Assembly (NCBI GenBank): GCA_902774925.1
Contig: CACYKE010000003.1
Location: forward strand, 26,281-90,280
Source of the DNA: an uncultured Prevotellaceae bacterium
GTDB taxonomy: Bacteria; Bacteroidota; Bacteroidia; Bacteroidales; Bacteroidaceae
Direction: 5' to 3'
Length of the DNA stretch: 64,000 nt
Positions 47,674 through 56,648 of this stretch are shown here, in pieces (position 1 is the stretch's first letter; the number at the start of each line of letters is the position of its first letter). The notes under the pieces are model-generated. The model was not told the origin of the DNA and did not search any database. It worked only from the letters and a program-made list of their open reading frames with translations. The translations under genes were made by a program, and so were the position numbers.

Positions 47674-47702
47674 TGGTTATTGGTTATAGTTTATTGGCTT
47701 AC
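47654..47702. repeat. graded heptad repeat GGTTAAY type x7 spanning the queF stop and the HAD start
   Basis: gtcaaat ggttaac ggttaat ggttatt ggttata gtttatt ggcttac. TAA at 47671-73 and ATG at 47673-75 both lie inside it. Confidence 0.85.
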
Positions 47703-48332
47703 GACATTTACATATTCGACCTTGACGGGACGCTGCTGGATACCCTGCAGGATTTGGCAGCGAGCGTGAACTATGCCCTGCGTCAGCACCACATGCCGGA
47801 ACATTCAATAGATGATGTGCGGAGGTTTGTGGGCAATGGCGTGCGACGCTTGATGGAGCGTGCGGTTCCTGAAGGAGCGGCAAATCCAGCATTCGAGGCG
47901 GCGTTTGTCACGTTCCGTGAATATTATATGGAACACTCGTTGGACACCACACGGCCGTATGACGGAATTCTGGAACTGATCCATGAACTGAAACAGCGTG
48001 GATGCCGGATGGCGGTGGTGAGCAACAAGATGATGGCTGCGACACAGGAACTGGTGCGCCACTTCTTTCCGGAGATTGAGGTGGCTATCGGCGAACATGA
48101 GGCTGCGGGTATCCGTAAAAAGCCCGCACCGGATACGGTGTTTGCCGCGATGCAGCAGTTGGGAGAGGGTAGTGCCGTCTATGTCGGCGACAGTGATGTG
48201 GACCTTGCAACGGCTCGGAACAGTGGCTTGCCGTGTATCAGTGTGCTATGGGGCTTCCGCGACCGTGAGTTCCTATTGGAGCACGGTGCCACGACATTTG
48301 TAGAACAACCACGTGAAATACTTTGTATTTAA
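47673..48332 (+). CDS. HAD-superfamily hydrolase (phosphoglycolate-phosphatase-like)
   Basis: 219 aa. IFDLDGTLLDT motif I, VSNK, GDSDVD motif. The first ~10 residues, [10 protein letters not shown], are repeat-encoded. Confidence 0.8.
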   Translation: MVIGYSLLAYDIYIFDLDGTLLDTLQDLAASVNYALRQHHMPEHSIDDVRRFVGNGVRRLMERAVPEGAANPAFEAAFVTFREYYMEHSLDTTRPYDGILELIHELKQRGCRMAVVSNKMMAATQELVRHFFPEIEVAIGEHEAAGIRKKPAPDTVFAAMQQLGEGSAVYVGDSDVDLATARNSGLPCISVLWGFRDREFLLEHGATTFVEQPREILCI

Positions 48333-48348
48333 TTGACAATTAATAATG
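48330..48348. repeat. AATTGA-family stop-to-start spacer element
   Basis: TAATTGACAATTAATAATG. Its first 12 nt are identical to 30397-30408. It runs from the HAD stop to ATG 48346. Confidence 0.7.
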
Positions 48349-48948
48349 ATTATATTTAACCACGAATTTCACGAATTACACGAATCTTGGCTGCGCATGG
48401 CTTTTATGGTGTTGCTGCTAAGCTTGGTGTCAGTAAGAGCTACGGCACAGCCTGCCGGCGTTCGACTCGACACGCTGGCGGTGAAACATGTTGATTTTCA
48501 GGGTCGTACGCAGGAGGGGGTTGTTATCTGTAACCACATCATTGCCGACGACCTGCGTGCCATCTTCGAACAGCTCTACAAGGAGAAATATCCTATTGAA
48601 CGCATCCGTCCCATCTCGGAATATGGTGACGACGACGAACGTTCGATGCGTGCCAACAACACGTCGTGCTACTGTTACCGCGTGGTGGAAGGCAGTACGA
48701 AGTTGTCGAAACACGCACGGGGAATGGCCATTGACATCAATCCGCTGTATAACCCCTGTGTGCGTCGGCAGAAGGACGGTACGCTGCTTATCCAACCCGA
48801 AACAGGTAAGCCGTATGTAGACAGGAAAAAACTATTTCGGTATAAAATCAGTCGTAGCGACCTGTGTTATAGGCTGTTCACACGATATGGTTTCCGTTGG
48901 GGCGGTGACTGGCGCTCGCTGAAGGACTACCAGCACTTCGAGAAGTAA
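48346..48948 (+). CDS. M15-family metallopeptidase (D-Ala-D-Ala carboxypeptidase/VanY-like)
   Basis: 200 aa. SKHARGMAIDINP and FRWGGDW...DYQHFE motifs. The alternative start ATG 48397 (MAFMVLLLSLVSVRATAQ) would give a cleaner signal peptide. Confidence 0.75.
   Translation: MIIFNHEFHELHESWLRMAFMVLLLSLVSVRATAQPAGVRLDTLAVKHVDFQGRTQEGVVICNHIIADDLRAIFEQLYKEKYPIERIRPISEYGDDDERSMRANNTSCYCYRVVEGSTKLSKHARGMAIDINPLYNPCVRRQKDGTLLIQPETGKPYVDRKKLFRYKISRSDLCYRLFTRYGFRWGGDWRSLKDYQHFEK
48361..48387. repeat. 9-bp tandem repeat CACGAATTN x3
   Basis: cacgaattt cacgaatta cacgaatct; encodes HEFHELHES if ATG 48346 is used. Confidence 0.85.
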
Positions 48949-48972
48949 GAAGTCAGTGGTAAGAGGTATTTT
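48945..48972. repeat. imperfect heptad module GTAAGAR type x4 at the M15 gene stop
   Basis: gtaagaa gtcagtg gtaagag gtatttt. Confidence 0.5.
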
Positions 48973-48977
48973 TAAAG

Positions 48978-49022
48978 GCAAAGTGCAAATAAATCGAAAA
49001 TTATTTTGCACTTTGCGCTTTT
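48978..49022 (+). terminator. intrinsic terminator
   Basis: 12-bp perfect stem gcaaagtgcaaa (48978-89) / tttgcactttgc (49005-16), extendable with one bulge, followed by gcTTTTaTT. Confidence 0.75.
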
Positions 49023-49027
49023 ATTCG

Positions 49028-49035
49028 TAATTTTG
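49028..49035 (+). promoter_or_regulatory. -7 promoter box TAATTTTG
   Basis: 37 nt upstream of ATG 49072. Flanked by the 7-bp inverted repeat attcgta/tacgaat (49023-29 and 49044-50). Confidence 0.5.
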
Positions 49036-49071
49036 TGCCACAATACGAATAATTAAGCCTTTTATCACATT

Positions 49072-50856
49072 ATGAAGAAAAAGATTAAGTTTAGTCTCGT
49101 GTACCGCGACATGTGGCAGTCGTCAGGTAAATTCCAGCCTCGTAAGGACCAGTTGGAGCGCATTGCCCCAGTGATTATCGATATGGGTTGCTTTGCCCGT
49201 GTGGAAACGAATGGTGGTGCCTTCGAACAGGTAAACCTCATGGCTGGCGAGAACCCCAACTTGGCTGTACGTGCCTTTTGTAAGCCCTTCAACGAGGTGG
49301 GCATCCAGACCCACATGTTGGATCGTGGTCTGAACGCTCTGCGTATGTATCCCGTTCCCGACGATGTCCGTGAACTGATGTATAAAGTCAAGAAGGCCCA
49401 AGGTGTGGATATCCCCCGTATTTTCTGCGGTCTGAACGACACGCGTAATATCATCCCCTCTATCAAGTGGGCCAAGGCCGCTGGCATGATTCCACAGGCT
49501 ACGCTGTGTATCACCACCAGTCCTGTGCATACCGTTGAGTATTACTCAAACATTGCCGACGAGGTGATTGCCGCCGGTGCCGAGGAAATCTGCTTGAAGG
49601 ATATGGCCGGTATTGGTCAGCCCGCACTGCTTGGTGCCCTGACGAAGGCCATCAAGACCAAGCATCCCGATATCATTATTCAGTACCACGGTCACTCTGG
49701 CCCTGGACTGTCGATGGCTTCTATCCTCGAGGTTTGTAACAATGGTGCCGATATCATCGATACCGCTATCGAGCCGCTGAGCTGGGGTAAGGTACATCCC
49801 GATATCATCTCTGTCCAGTCGATGCTGAAGAACGAAGGCTTCGAGGTGGCAGATATCAATATGAACGCCTACATGCAGGCACGTTCGCTGACTCAGGAAT
49901 TTGTGGATGACTGGCTCGGCTACTTCATAAATCCCGCCAACAAGCACATGTCGAGTCTGTTGCTCGGCAGCGGTCTGCCTGGTGGTATGATGGGTTCGAT
50001 GATGGCTGACCTCGGTCCTATCCAGACGATGATCAACAAGCTCCGTGAGAAGAAGGGTGAGCCCACTCTCTCGATGGATGACATGCTGGTGAAGCTGTTC
50101 AATGAGGTAGAGTACGTATGGCCGAAGGTGGGTTATCCCCCACTGGTTACGCCGTTCTCGCAGTACACGAAGAACATTGCGCTGATGAACTTGCTCACCA
50201 TCGAACAGGGCAAGGGCCGCTACGTCATGATGGACGACGCCATTTGGGGTATGATTCTTGGCAAGAGCGGCAAGGTGCCTGGCACCATCGATCCCGAATT
50301 CATCGAACTGGCCAAGAAGCAGAAACGCGAATTTACCACTGCTGACCCGCACACGCTTATCCCCAATGCCCTCGACGGCTTCAAGAAGGAGATGGACGAA
50401 AACGGCTGGGACTATGGACAGGACAACGAAGAACTCTTCGAGCTCGCTATGCACCCAGAGCAGTATCGTCCGTTCCGCAGTGGTCAGGCCAAGAAACAGC
50501 TCTTGGCTGACATCCAGAAGGCTAAGGACGCCAAGCTCGGTTCTAAGCTGAGCCCCGCCGAGATTGCCGCCTTCAAGCATGCCAAGGCCGATCCTATCAC
50601 CGCTCCCGTTGCCGGACAGGTCTATTACGAATTCTCTGGCGAAGGTGCCTGCGAACCGTGCCTCGAACCGTTCATCGGTCAGAAGTACAACGAAGGCGAC
50701 ACCTTCTGCTACATTCAGGCTCCTTGGGGTGAGATTGTTCCCATTCCCGCCTGCCTCGGTGGCAAACTCGTTGAGGTCGCTGCCAAGCAGGGTGCCAAGG
50801 TGCGCCGTGGCGACAACCTCGGATGGATTGAGCGACCAGAGCCGAGCGATAAGTAA
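49072..50856 (+). CDS. oxaloacetate decarboxylase alpha / pyruvate carboxylase subunit B / transcarboxylase 5S-like carboxyltransferase, with a C-terminal biotinyl-like domain lacking the AMKM lysine
   Basis: 594 aa. TIM-barrel carboxyltransferase motifs (RDMWQS..., ETNGGA, LKDMAGI, HGHSGPG). At the C-terminus, ITAPVAGQV...CYIQAPWGEIVPIP stands where E-A-M-K-M is expected. Confidence 0.75.
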   Translation: MKKKIKFSLVYRDMWQSSGKFQPRKDQLERIAPVIIDMGCFARVETNGGAFEQVNLMAGENPNLAVRAFCKPFNEVGIQTHMLDRGLNALRMYPVPDDVRELMYKVKKAQGVDIPRIFCGLNDTRNIIPSIKWAKAAGMIPQATLCITTSPVHTVEYYSNIADEVIAAGAEEICLKDMAGIGQPALLGALTKAIKTKHPDIIIQYHGHSGPGLSMASILEVCNNGADIIDTAIEPLSWGKVHPDIISVQSMLKNEGFEVADINMNAYMQARSLTQEFVDDWLGYFINPANKHMSSLLLGSGLPGGMMGSMMADLGPIQTMINKLREKKGEPTLSMDDMLVKLFNEVEYVWPKVGYPPLVTPFSQYTKNIALMNLLTIEQGKGRYVMMDDAIWGMILGKSGKVPGTIDPEFIELAKKQKREFTTADPHTLIPNALDGFKKEMDENGWDYGQDNEELFELAMHPEQYRPFRSGQAKKQLLADIQKAKDAKLGSKLSPAEIAAFKHAKADPITAPVAGQVYYEFSGEGACEPCLEPFIGQKYNEGDTFCYIQAPWGEIVPIPACLGGKLVEVAAKQGAKVRRGDNLGWIERPEPSDK

Positions 50857-50888
50857 TAATGGACAATTGATAATTCATGGATTATCAA
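50854..50888. repeat. AATTGA-family spacer element plus an 8-bp inverted repeat embracing the start codon
   Basis: TAATAATGGACAATTGATAATTCATGGATTATCAA. The 14-mer GACAATTGATAATT is identical to 30402-30415. The inverted repeat is ttgataat (50867-74) / attatcaa (50881-88), with ATG 50877 in the 6-nt spacer. Confidence 0.75.
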
Positions 50889-51419
50889 GCAATCATTGAT
50901 AAGTATTACCCTGCGGACGATGAAGCGCTCCGCAGGGTATTACTACAACATTCACGGCAGGTGGCTGACCGCTGTCTGCTGATAGCACGTACGCATCGGG
51001 AACTGCCTGTGGACGTGCAATTTCTGGAGGAGGCAGCCATGTTACACGATATTGGCATCTTCCGCTGTAATGCCCCTAGCATCTGTTGTAACGGTACGGA
51101 GCCATATATCCGTCACGGAGTCATCGGTGGTGAGATACTGCGCAACGAAGGCTTTCCCCGTCATGCCCGTGTGGCCGAGCGACATACGGGAACGGGACTG
51201 ACGCTGCAACAGATAGAGCGCCAGAAACTTCCCCTGCCGCACGAAGATTTCTCGCCCGAGACGCTGGAAGAACAGATTGTCTGCTATGCCGATAAGTTCT
51301 ATTCTAAGTCTCGAATGGAACGTGTGCTGACCGTTGCCGAGGCAGCGCAGTCGTTAGAGAAGTTCGGTCACGAAGGCGTACTGAAGTTCCTCGAGTGGTC
51401 ACGCATGTTCGAACGTTGA
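50877..51419 (+). CDS. HD-domain phosphohydrolase
   Basis: 180 aa; AAMLHDIG... and ERHTGTG motifs. Confidence 0.75.
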   Translation: MDYQAIIDKYYPADDEALRRVLLQHSRQVADRCLLIARTHRELPVDVQFLEEAAMLHDIGIFRCNAPSICCNGTEPYIRHGVIGGEILRNEGFPRHARVAERHTGTGLTLQQIERQKLPLPHEDFSPETLEEQIVCYADKFYSKSRMERVLTVAEAAQSLEKFGHEGVLKFLEWSRMFER

Positions 51420-51558
51420 ACATTGAACATGTTTACAAAGTGCAACTTTTCTGCATGAAAACACACCAAAATGAGTGCAAAGAAGTGACATTTCGTAATT
51501 TCTTGTATAGTTTTGTGATTTTTTTATAAATTTATTCGTTTTTTAGAGAACTATCCAT

Positions 51559-51566
51559 TACCTTTG
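51559..51566 (+). promoter_or_regulatory. -7 promoter box TACCTTTG for PUL 3
   Basis: 108 nt upstream of ATG 51674. Confidence 0.45.
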
Positions 51567-51673
51567 CACGGTCTTAGCTTAAAAAAGTTTAAAACCGAGT
51601 GAGGACAAGTAATGCTCTTATAATGTACACGTACATATTTTAATTAACTATTTATAAAAAACGAGAGAGATTT

Positions 51674-54600
51674 ATGAAACAAAGATTAACAATGATTCTG
51701 GCCAGCATGTTCCTCATGGTAGGAGTGGCTCTGGCCCAGACAAAGGTTAGCGGTACCGTGACCTCTCAGGAAGACGGACAGCCCGTCATCGGTGCTTCCG
51801 TACTCGTTGTGGGAACACAGGTAGGTACCGTGACAGATGCAGACGGTAAGTTCTCGCTGACATGTCCTGCCGGCAAGTCTACCCTGCGTATTACCTATGT
51901 AGGTATGGAACCGCTCGAGGTGAGTGCCCGTCCAAACATGCGTATCGTGTTGACCAGCGACCAAACAGCTCTCGACGAGGTGCTCGTCGTGGCTTATGGT
52001 ACCGCTAAGAGGTCTGCTTTTACCGGTGCTGCCACTCAGGTGAAGTCAGACGTGATCAGCCGTCGTCAAGTGTCGTCTGCTTTGGACGCTCTGGCAGGTG
52101 CAGCTTCTGGTGTTCAGGTGACGCAGTATAACGGTCAGCCAGGTACCGACCCCACCATCCGTGTGCGTGGTATTGGTTCTCTGTCAGCTAGCAGCAACCC
52201 ACTGTATGTTGTTGACGGTGTTCCCTACGACGGTAAGATTACGTCTATCAACCCTGCCGATATTGAGTCGATGAGTGTGCTGAAGGATGCTTCGGCTTCT
52301 GCCATCTATGGTGCCCGTGGTGCCAATGGTGTCGTCATTATCACGACTAAGTCGGCCAAGCGCGGTGAGGATGCCAAGGTGACGTTTAATGCTCGTTTGG
52401 GTGTCAATAAGCGTGGTGTTCCTAACTACGACGTACTGGAGGACGCTGGTGACTATTACGAGAAGTACTATCGTGCTCTTTACAATGAGAAGTTCTATTC
52501 TGCAGCTGGTGGTGATGTTGCCGCTGCTCATGCTTATGCCAACAATAACCTGTTTTCACAGCTGGGTGCCAAGGTGTTTACCGTTCCCACTGGTGAAACG
52601 CTCATTGGTACTAATTTCAAGTTGAACCCCAATGCTAAGCTCGGTTATGTTGAGGGTAATTACTATTATACACCCGATGACTGGTACGACGAGATGTATA
52701 ACAACAACAACCTTCGTCAGGAATACAATGCTACAGTTTCCGGTGCTACAGATCGCATGACTTACTACATGTCGTTAGGTATGCTCGACGAAAAGGGTAT
52801 CATCAATAGTTCTGAGTATCGTCGTTATACGGGTCGTTTGAGTGCTGACTATCAGGCTAAGGAATGGCTGAAGGTTGGTGCCAACTTCGGTTATGCATTC
52901 GAAAAGCAGGGTGCACCAGGAGCTCAGAACAGCTGGGGTTCGTCAGGTAATTCATTCTATATTGCTGACAACATCGCCCCCATCTATCCGCTTTATGTGC
53001 GTAACGCCGATGGTACCAATAAAATTGACGACATGGGTATCACCGTGATGGATACTGGTACGAACACGAATTGGAAGCGTAAGTTCTCGGCAGGTAACCC
53101 GCTGATTGATCTGACACTCAACAGCTACAACCTGGAGCGCAGTTCTATCAATGCCAAGGGCTTTGCCTTGATTGACCTGCCTTTGGAGGGTCTGCGTTTC
53201 AATGCCAATATCAGTGCAAATATCTACGATATACGTGAGAACAATCTTTACAATCCTCATTATGGCACGTCTTCGTCATCGGGCGGTTCTGTGAATGTAG
53301 GGCACTATCGCCGTATCGGTATCAACCACCAGTATCTGCTGACTTATCAGCATAGCTTTGGTGACCATAACGTCGATCTGCTGGCTGGTTATGAGAACTA
53401 CCACATGAAGTACCAGACACTGGAGACATCAAAACAGAATCTGTATCTCGACAATGTCGCTGAGCTGGATAATGCCATTGCCTATCCTTCTTCACCCGTG
53501 TCGAACACGATTGACTATACCACTTGCGGTTGGTTGTTCCGTGCACAGTATAACTATCAGGAGAAGTATTTCGCTTCGGCTTCTTATCGTCGCGACGGTT
53601 CTTCACGCTTTGCCTCCGGTCACAAGTGGGGTAACTTCGGTAGCTTCGGTGTGGCCTGGATGATTTCAAAGGAGAACTTCATGGAGAGCACCAAGTCGTG
53701 GCTCAACGAACTGAAGATCAAGGCCAGTATCGGTCAGCAGGGTAACGATGCCCTGATGTACGATGGCGCTCTGAACTACTATCCCGCTGAGGACCGTTAC
53801 AAGGTCAGCGACGTCAACGGCATCGCTGTTCCCGTGTTCGATGCATATAAGGGTAATCGCGACATCACTTGGGAAACGTCGACCTCTACCAATATTGGTA
53901 TCGAGTTCTCGATGTTCAAGAACCGCCTGAGCGGTAGCATCGAGTACTACAACCGTTCGACGAAGGATATGCTCTACTATCGTCCTGTTGCCGTATCACT
54001 GGGTTACGACAGCTATCCTGTCAACGAAGGAAGCATGTATAACCGCGGTGTTGAGGTACAGTTGAGCGGCACTGTCTTCAAGACGAAGGATGTCAGTGTG
54101 GAGTTGAATGCCAATTTAACGACTTTGAAGAACAAGATTACGGAGTATCCTCAGGTGATGAAGGGTAGCATGCTCATCCGTGAAGAGGGTGGTAGCATCT
54201 ATGAGTCTTACCTGAAGTCATACGCTGGTGTATGGCATGGCGATGAAAGCGAGTATTCGTTCGGTAAGGACTTTGACAAGTCGACGCTCGTGCTGGGTGA
54301 CGGTCTGTATTACGTTGATCCCGATAATGGTGATTATACGGTTACCAACGTCTACAACGATGCCAAGCAGGCTCATCAGGGCTCTACAGCTCCGAAGGCT
54401 TATGGTGGCTTTGGTCTGACGGCTACAGCCTATGGCTTTGACTTCAGCGTACAGTTTGCTTACCAGCTGGGTGGCCGGCTCTACGACCACAAGTATCAGG
54501 GTCTGATGTCAAGTAATGGTGGAACTGGTCACAACTGGAGCACTGATATTAATAATGCTTGGAGTCCTGAGAATCCCAACAGCAATGTTCCCCGTCTGGA

Positions 54601-54895
54601 TACCGGTGTTGACGATGAGCAGCGCAACTCTAACCGCTTCCTCGTTAGCAGCAACTATCTCTGCATGAACAATATCACGCTGGGTTATACGTTGCCTAAG
54701 AAATGGCTCTCCGCTATCAAACTGAGCAATGTACGCGTTTATATAACAGGTGATAACCTCGCTCTCTGGAGCAAGCGCAAGGGTCTTGACCCGCGTCGTT
54801 CGCTGACCATGGGTGTCAGCACTCTCGGTGGTGGCTATTCTGATACATACGCCGGTCTGAAGACAATCTCGGGTGGTATCTCTGTGACATTCTAA
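51674..54895 (+). CDS. SusC-like TonB-dependent transporter (PUL 3)
   Basis: 1073 aa. VSGTVTSQEDGQPVIGASVLVVGTQVGTVTDADGKF; plug region SMSVLKDASASAIYGARGANGVVIITTK; ends ...GISVTF. Confidence 0.9.
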   Translation: MKQRLTMILASMFLMVGVALAQTKVSGTVTSQEDGQPVIGASVLVVGTQVGTVTDADGKFSLTCPAGKSTLRITYVGMEPLEVSARPNMRIVLTSDQTALDEVLVVAYGTAKRSAFTGAATQVKSDVISRRQVSSALDALAGAASGVQVTQYNGQPGTDPTIRVRGIGSLSASSNPLYVVDGVPYDGKITSINPADIESMSVLKDASASAIYGARGANGVVIITTKSAKRGEDAKVTFNARLGVNKRGVPNYDVLEDAGDYYEKYYRALYNEKFYSAAGGDVAAAHAYANNNLFSQLGAKVFTVPTGETLIGTNFKLNPNAKLGYVEGNYYYTPDDWYDEMYNNNNLRQEYNATVSGATDRMTYYMSLGMLDEKGIINSSEYRRYTGRLSADYQAKEWLKVGANFGYAFEKQGAPGAQNSWGSSGNSFYIADNIAPIYPLYVRNADGTNKIDDMGITVMDTGTNTNWKRKFSAGNPLIDLTLNSYNLERSSINAKGFALIDLPLEGLRFNANISANIYDIRENNLYNPHYGTSSSSGGSVNVGHYRRIGINHQYLLTYQHSFGDHNVDLLAGYENYHMKYQTLETSKQNLYLDNVAELDNAIAYPSSPVSNTIDYTTCGWLFRAQYNYQEKYFASASYRRDGSSRFASGHKWGNFGSFGVAWMISKENFMESTKSWLNELKIKASIGQQGNDALMYDGALNYYPAEDRYKVSDVNGIAVPVFDAYKGNRDITWETSTSTNIGIEFSMFKNRLSGSIEYYNRSTKDMLYYRPVAVSLGYDSYPVNEGSMYNRGVEVQLSGTVFKTKDVSVELNANLTTLKNKITEYPQVMKGSMLIREEGGSIYESYLKSYAGVWHGDESEYSFGKDFDKSTLVLGDGLYYVDPDNGDYTVTNVYNDAKQAHQGSTAPKAYGGFGLTATAYGFDFSVQFAYQLGGRLYDHKYQGLMSSNGGTGHNWSTDINNAWSPENPNSNVPRLDTGVDDEQRNSNRFLVSSNYLCMNNITLGYTLPKKWLSAIKLSNVRVYITGDNLALWSKRKGLDPRRSLTMGVSTLGGGYSDTYAGLKTISGGISVTF

Positions 54896-54932
54896 CCCAT
54901 CGGTACATTCAATATTAAAAAGGAAAAGAATT

Positions 54933-56624
54933 ATGAAATACAACAAGTATTATATCTTAGGTGTTCTTGCTGCTGGACTGATGGCAACATCGTGTTCCGA
55001 TTTGGACACCAAGCCGGAGGGACAGATGACAGGTGAGCAGTATGCTGAGTCATTGGAAAAGGATCCCTCGAAGCTGGCTGCTTCGGTGAGTGCTATTAAC
55101 TACGCCATTGCCAAGGAATACTGTGTGTTCGGCATCAGCTCTGGTCGTGCCGATGACTTCGGATGGCCTGCACAGTGTTTGTCGGAGGGTTGTAACTCTG
55201 CCGATATCTCTGGTGTTGTTTCCGGTTACAACTGGTTCTCGACACCTTCGACCTACTCAGACCGTATTTGGAACTATGCCAACCCCTACGAGCGTTGGGC
55301 CATGTTCTATAATCAGATCAAGTCTTGTAACGACTTGCTCGACCAGATTCCTGCAGAAACCGATGTCGAGACGCTGAAGCAGTACAAGGGCATTGCCAAG
55401 GCTGTGCGCGCCTGGGACTACCTGCAACTGGTACAGGCCTATGCCAAGACCTATGTAGGTCATCAGGGTGAGCCTGCCGTTCCTCTCTATATCTCTCAGA
55501 ATGAAGAAGGTTATGACACGCTATCAAGCCGTCGTCAGACTGTAGAGACTATCTATGCCAAGATTGACAAGGACCTGGCCGAGGCTGCCGAAGTTCTGGG
55601 AGGCTTTAAACGTGGCGACAAGACGTTTGTCAATCAAGCTGTTGTCTTCGGCCTGCAGGCTCGTGTGGCTTTGATTAAGAACAAGTGGAGCGAGGCTGAG
55701 ACGCTGGCCCAGAAGGCTATCGACGCTGCTGCCGCTGAGGGTATCTATCCTGCCAGCATCAATGATGTCAGCCAAGTTGGTACTATGTTCTCCAGCATCA
55801 GCGAAGGTAACTGGATGTGGGGTATGACGTTCTCGATTACCAACATTCCTTCCGACGGCGAGTATGAGACATGGGTTTCGCAGTTCTCTTCACTGGCTTC
55901 TTACAGCTACACCACGGAGACAGGCAGCTACCGTACCATCAACTCTCACCTGTGGAACTCTATTCCTGAGACCGATGTCCGTAAGGGCTGGTGGGTCGAT
56001 GAGGAACTGAACTCTCCGCTGATTGCCGGTCTGTTGTGGAGCAATAGCGGTGAGAGCGCAGCCCTAGGACACGCCTGCGGTAACCTGCTTGACTTCATTC
56101 CCTATACCAACGTGAAGTTTGGTTGCTACAACGGTGAACTGGGTACGACCCATACCTGTGCTGACTTCCCCTTCATGCGTGTGGAGGAGATGTATCTCAT
56201 CAAGGCTGAGGCTCAGGCCCATCAGGGCAAGGATGGCGATGCCATCGCGACCCTCAATTCGTTCGTGACGGTTTATCGTGACCCCTCATACAATGCCGCT
56301 TCAGCTCCTGTCAGCAATCTGGTTGACGAAGTATGGCGCCAGCGTCGTATTGAACTCTGGGGCGAAGGTTTCTCCATGGGTGATGTCATGCGTCTGAAGA
56401 AGCCGGTGGTTCGCTACCTCGGTTTGGAAGATGCAGTGACGAACTTCCCCGCTGCTTGGTGCTTTAACATCCCTGCTGAGGATGATATCCTGCTGAATGT
56501 GATTCCTCAGGACGAGATTAACGGTAATGATTGCATCAGCGAGGAAGACCAGAACCCCACCCGTTCCACACCGAAGATGGGTGAGTACCCTGACCTGCGC
56601 GATGGCGTAACGGATAATTTTTAA
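54933..56624 (+). CDS. SusD-like lipoprotein (PUL 3)
   Basis: 563 aa; lipobox MATSCSD. EVWRQRRIELWGEGFSMGDVMRL is typical of the SusD C-terminal region. Confidence 0.85.
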   Translation: MKYNKYYILGVLAAGLMATSCSDLDTKPEGQMTGEQYAESLEKDPSKLAASVSAINYAIAKEYCVFGISSGRADDFGWPAQCLSEGCNSADISGVVSGYNWFSTPSTYSDRIWNYANPYERWAMFYNQIKSCNDLLDQIPAETDVETLKQYKGIAKAVRAWDYLQLVQAYAKTYVGHQGEPAVPLYISQNEEGYDTLSSRRQTVETIYAKIDKDLAEAAEVLGGFKRGDKTFVNQAVVFGLQARVALIKNKWSEAETLAQKAIDAAAAEGIYPASINDVSQVGTMFSSISEGNWMWGMTFSITNIPSDGEYETWVSQFSSLASYSYTTETGSYRTINSHLWNSIPETDVRKGWWVDEELNSPLIAGLLWSNSGESAALGHACGNLLDFIPYTNVKFGCYNGELGTTHTCADFPFMRVEEMYLIKAEAQAHQGKDGDAIATLNSFVTVYRDPSYNAASAPVSNLVDEVWRQRRIELWGEGFSMGDVMRLKKPVVRYLGLEDAVTNFPAAWCFNIPAEDDILLNVIPQDEINGNDCISEEDQNPTRSTPKMGEYPDLRDGVTDNF

Positions 56625-56648
56625 TTATAATCCTAAGAATATACGACG

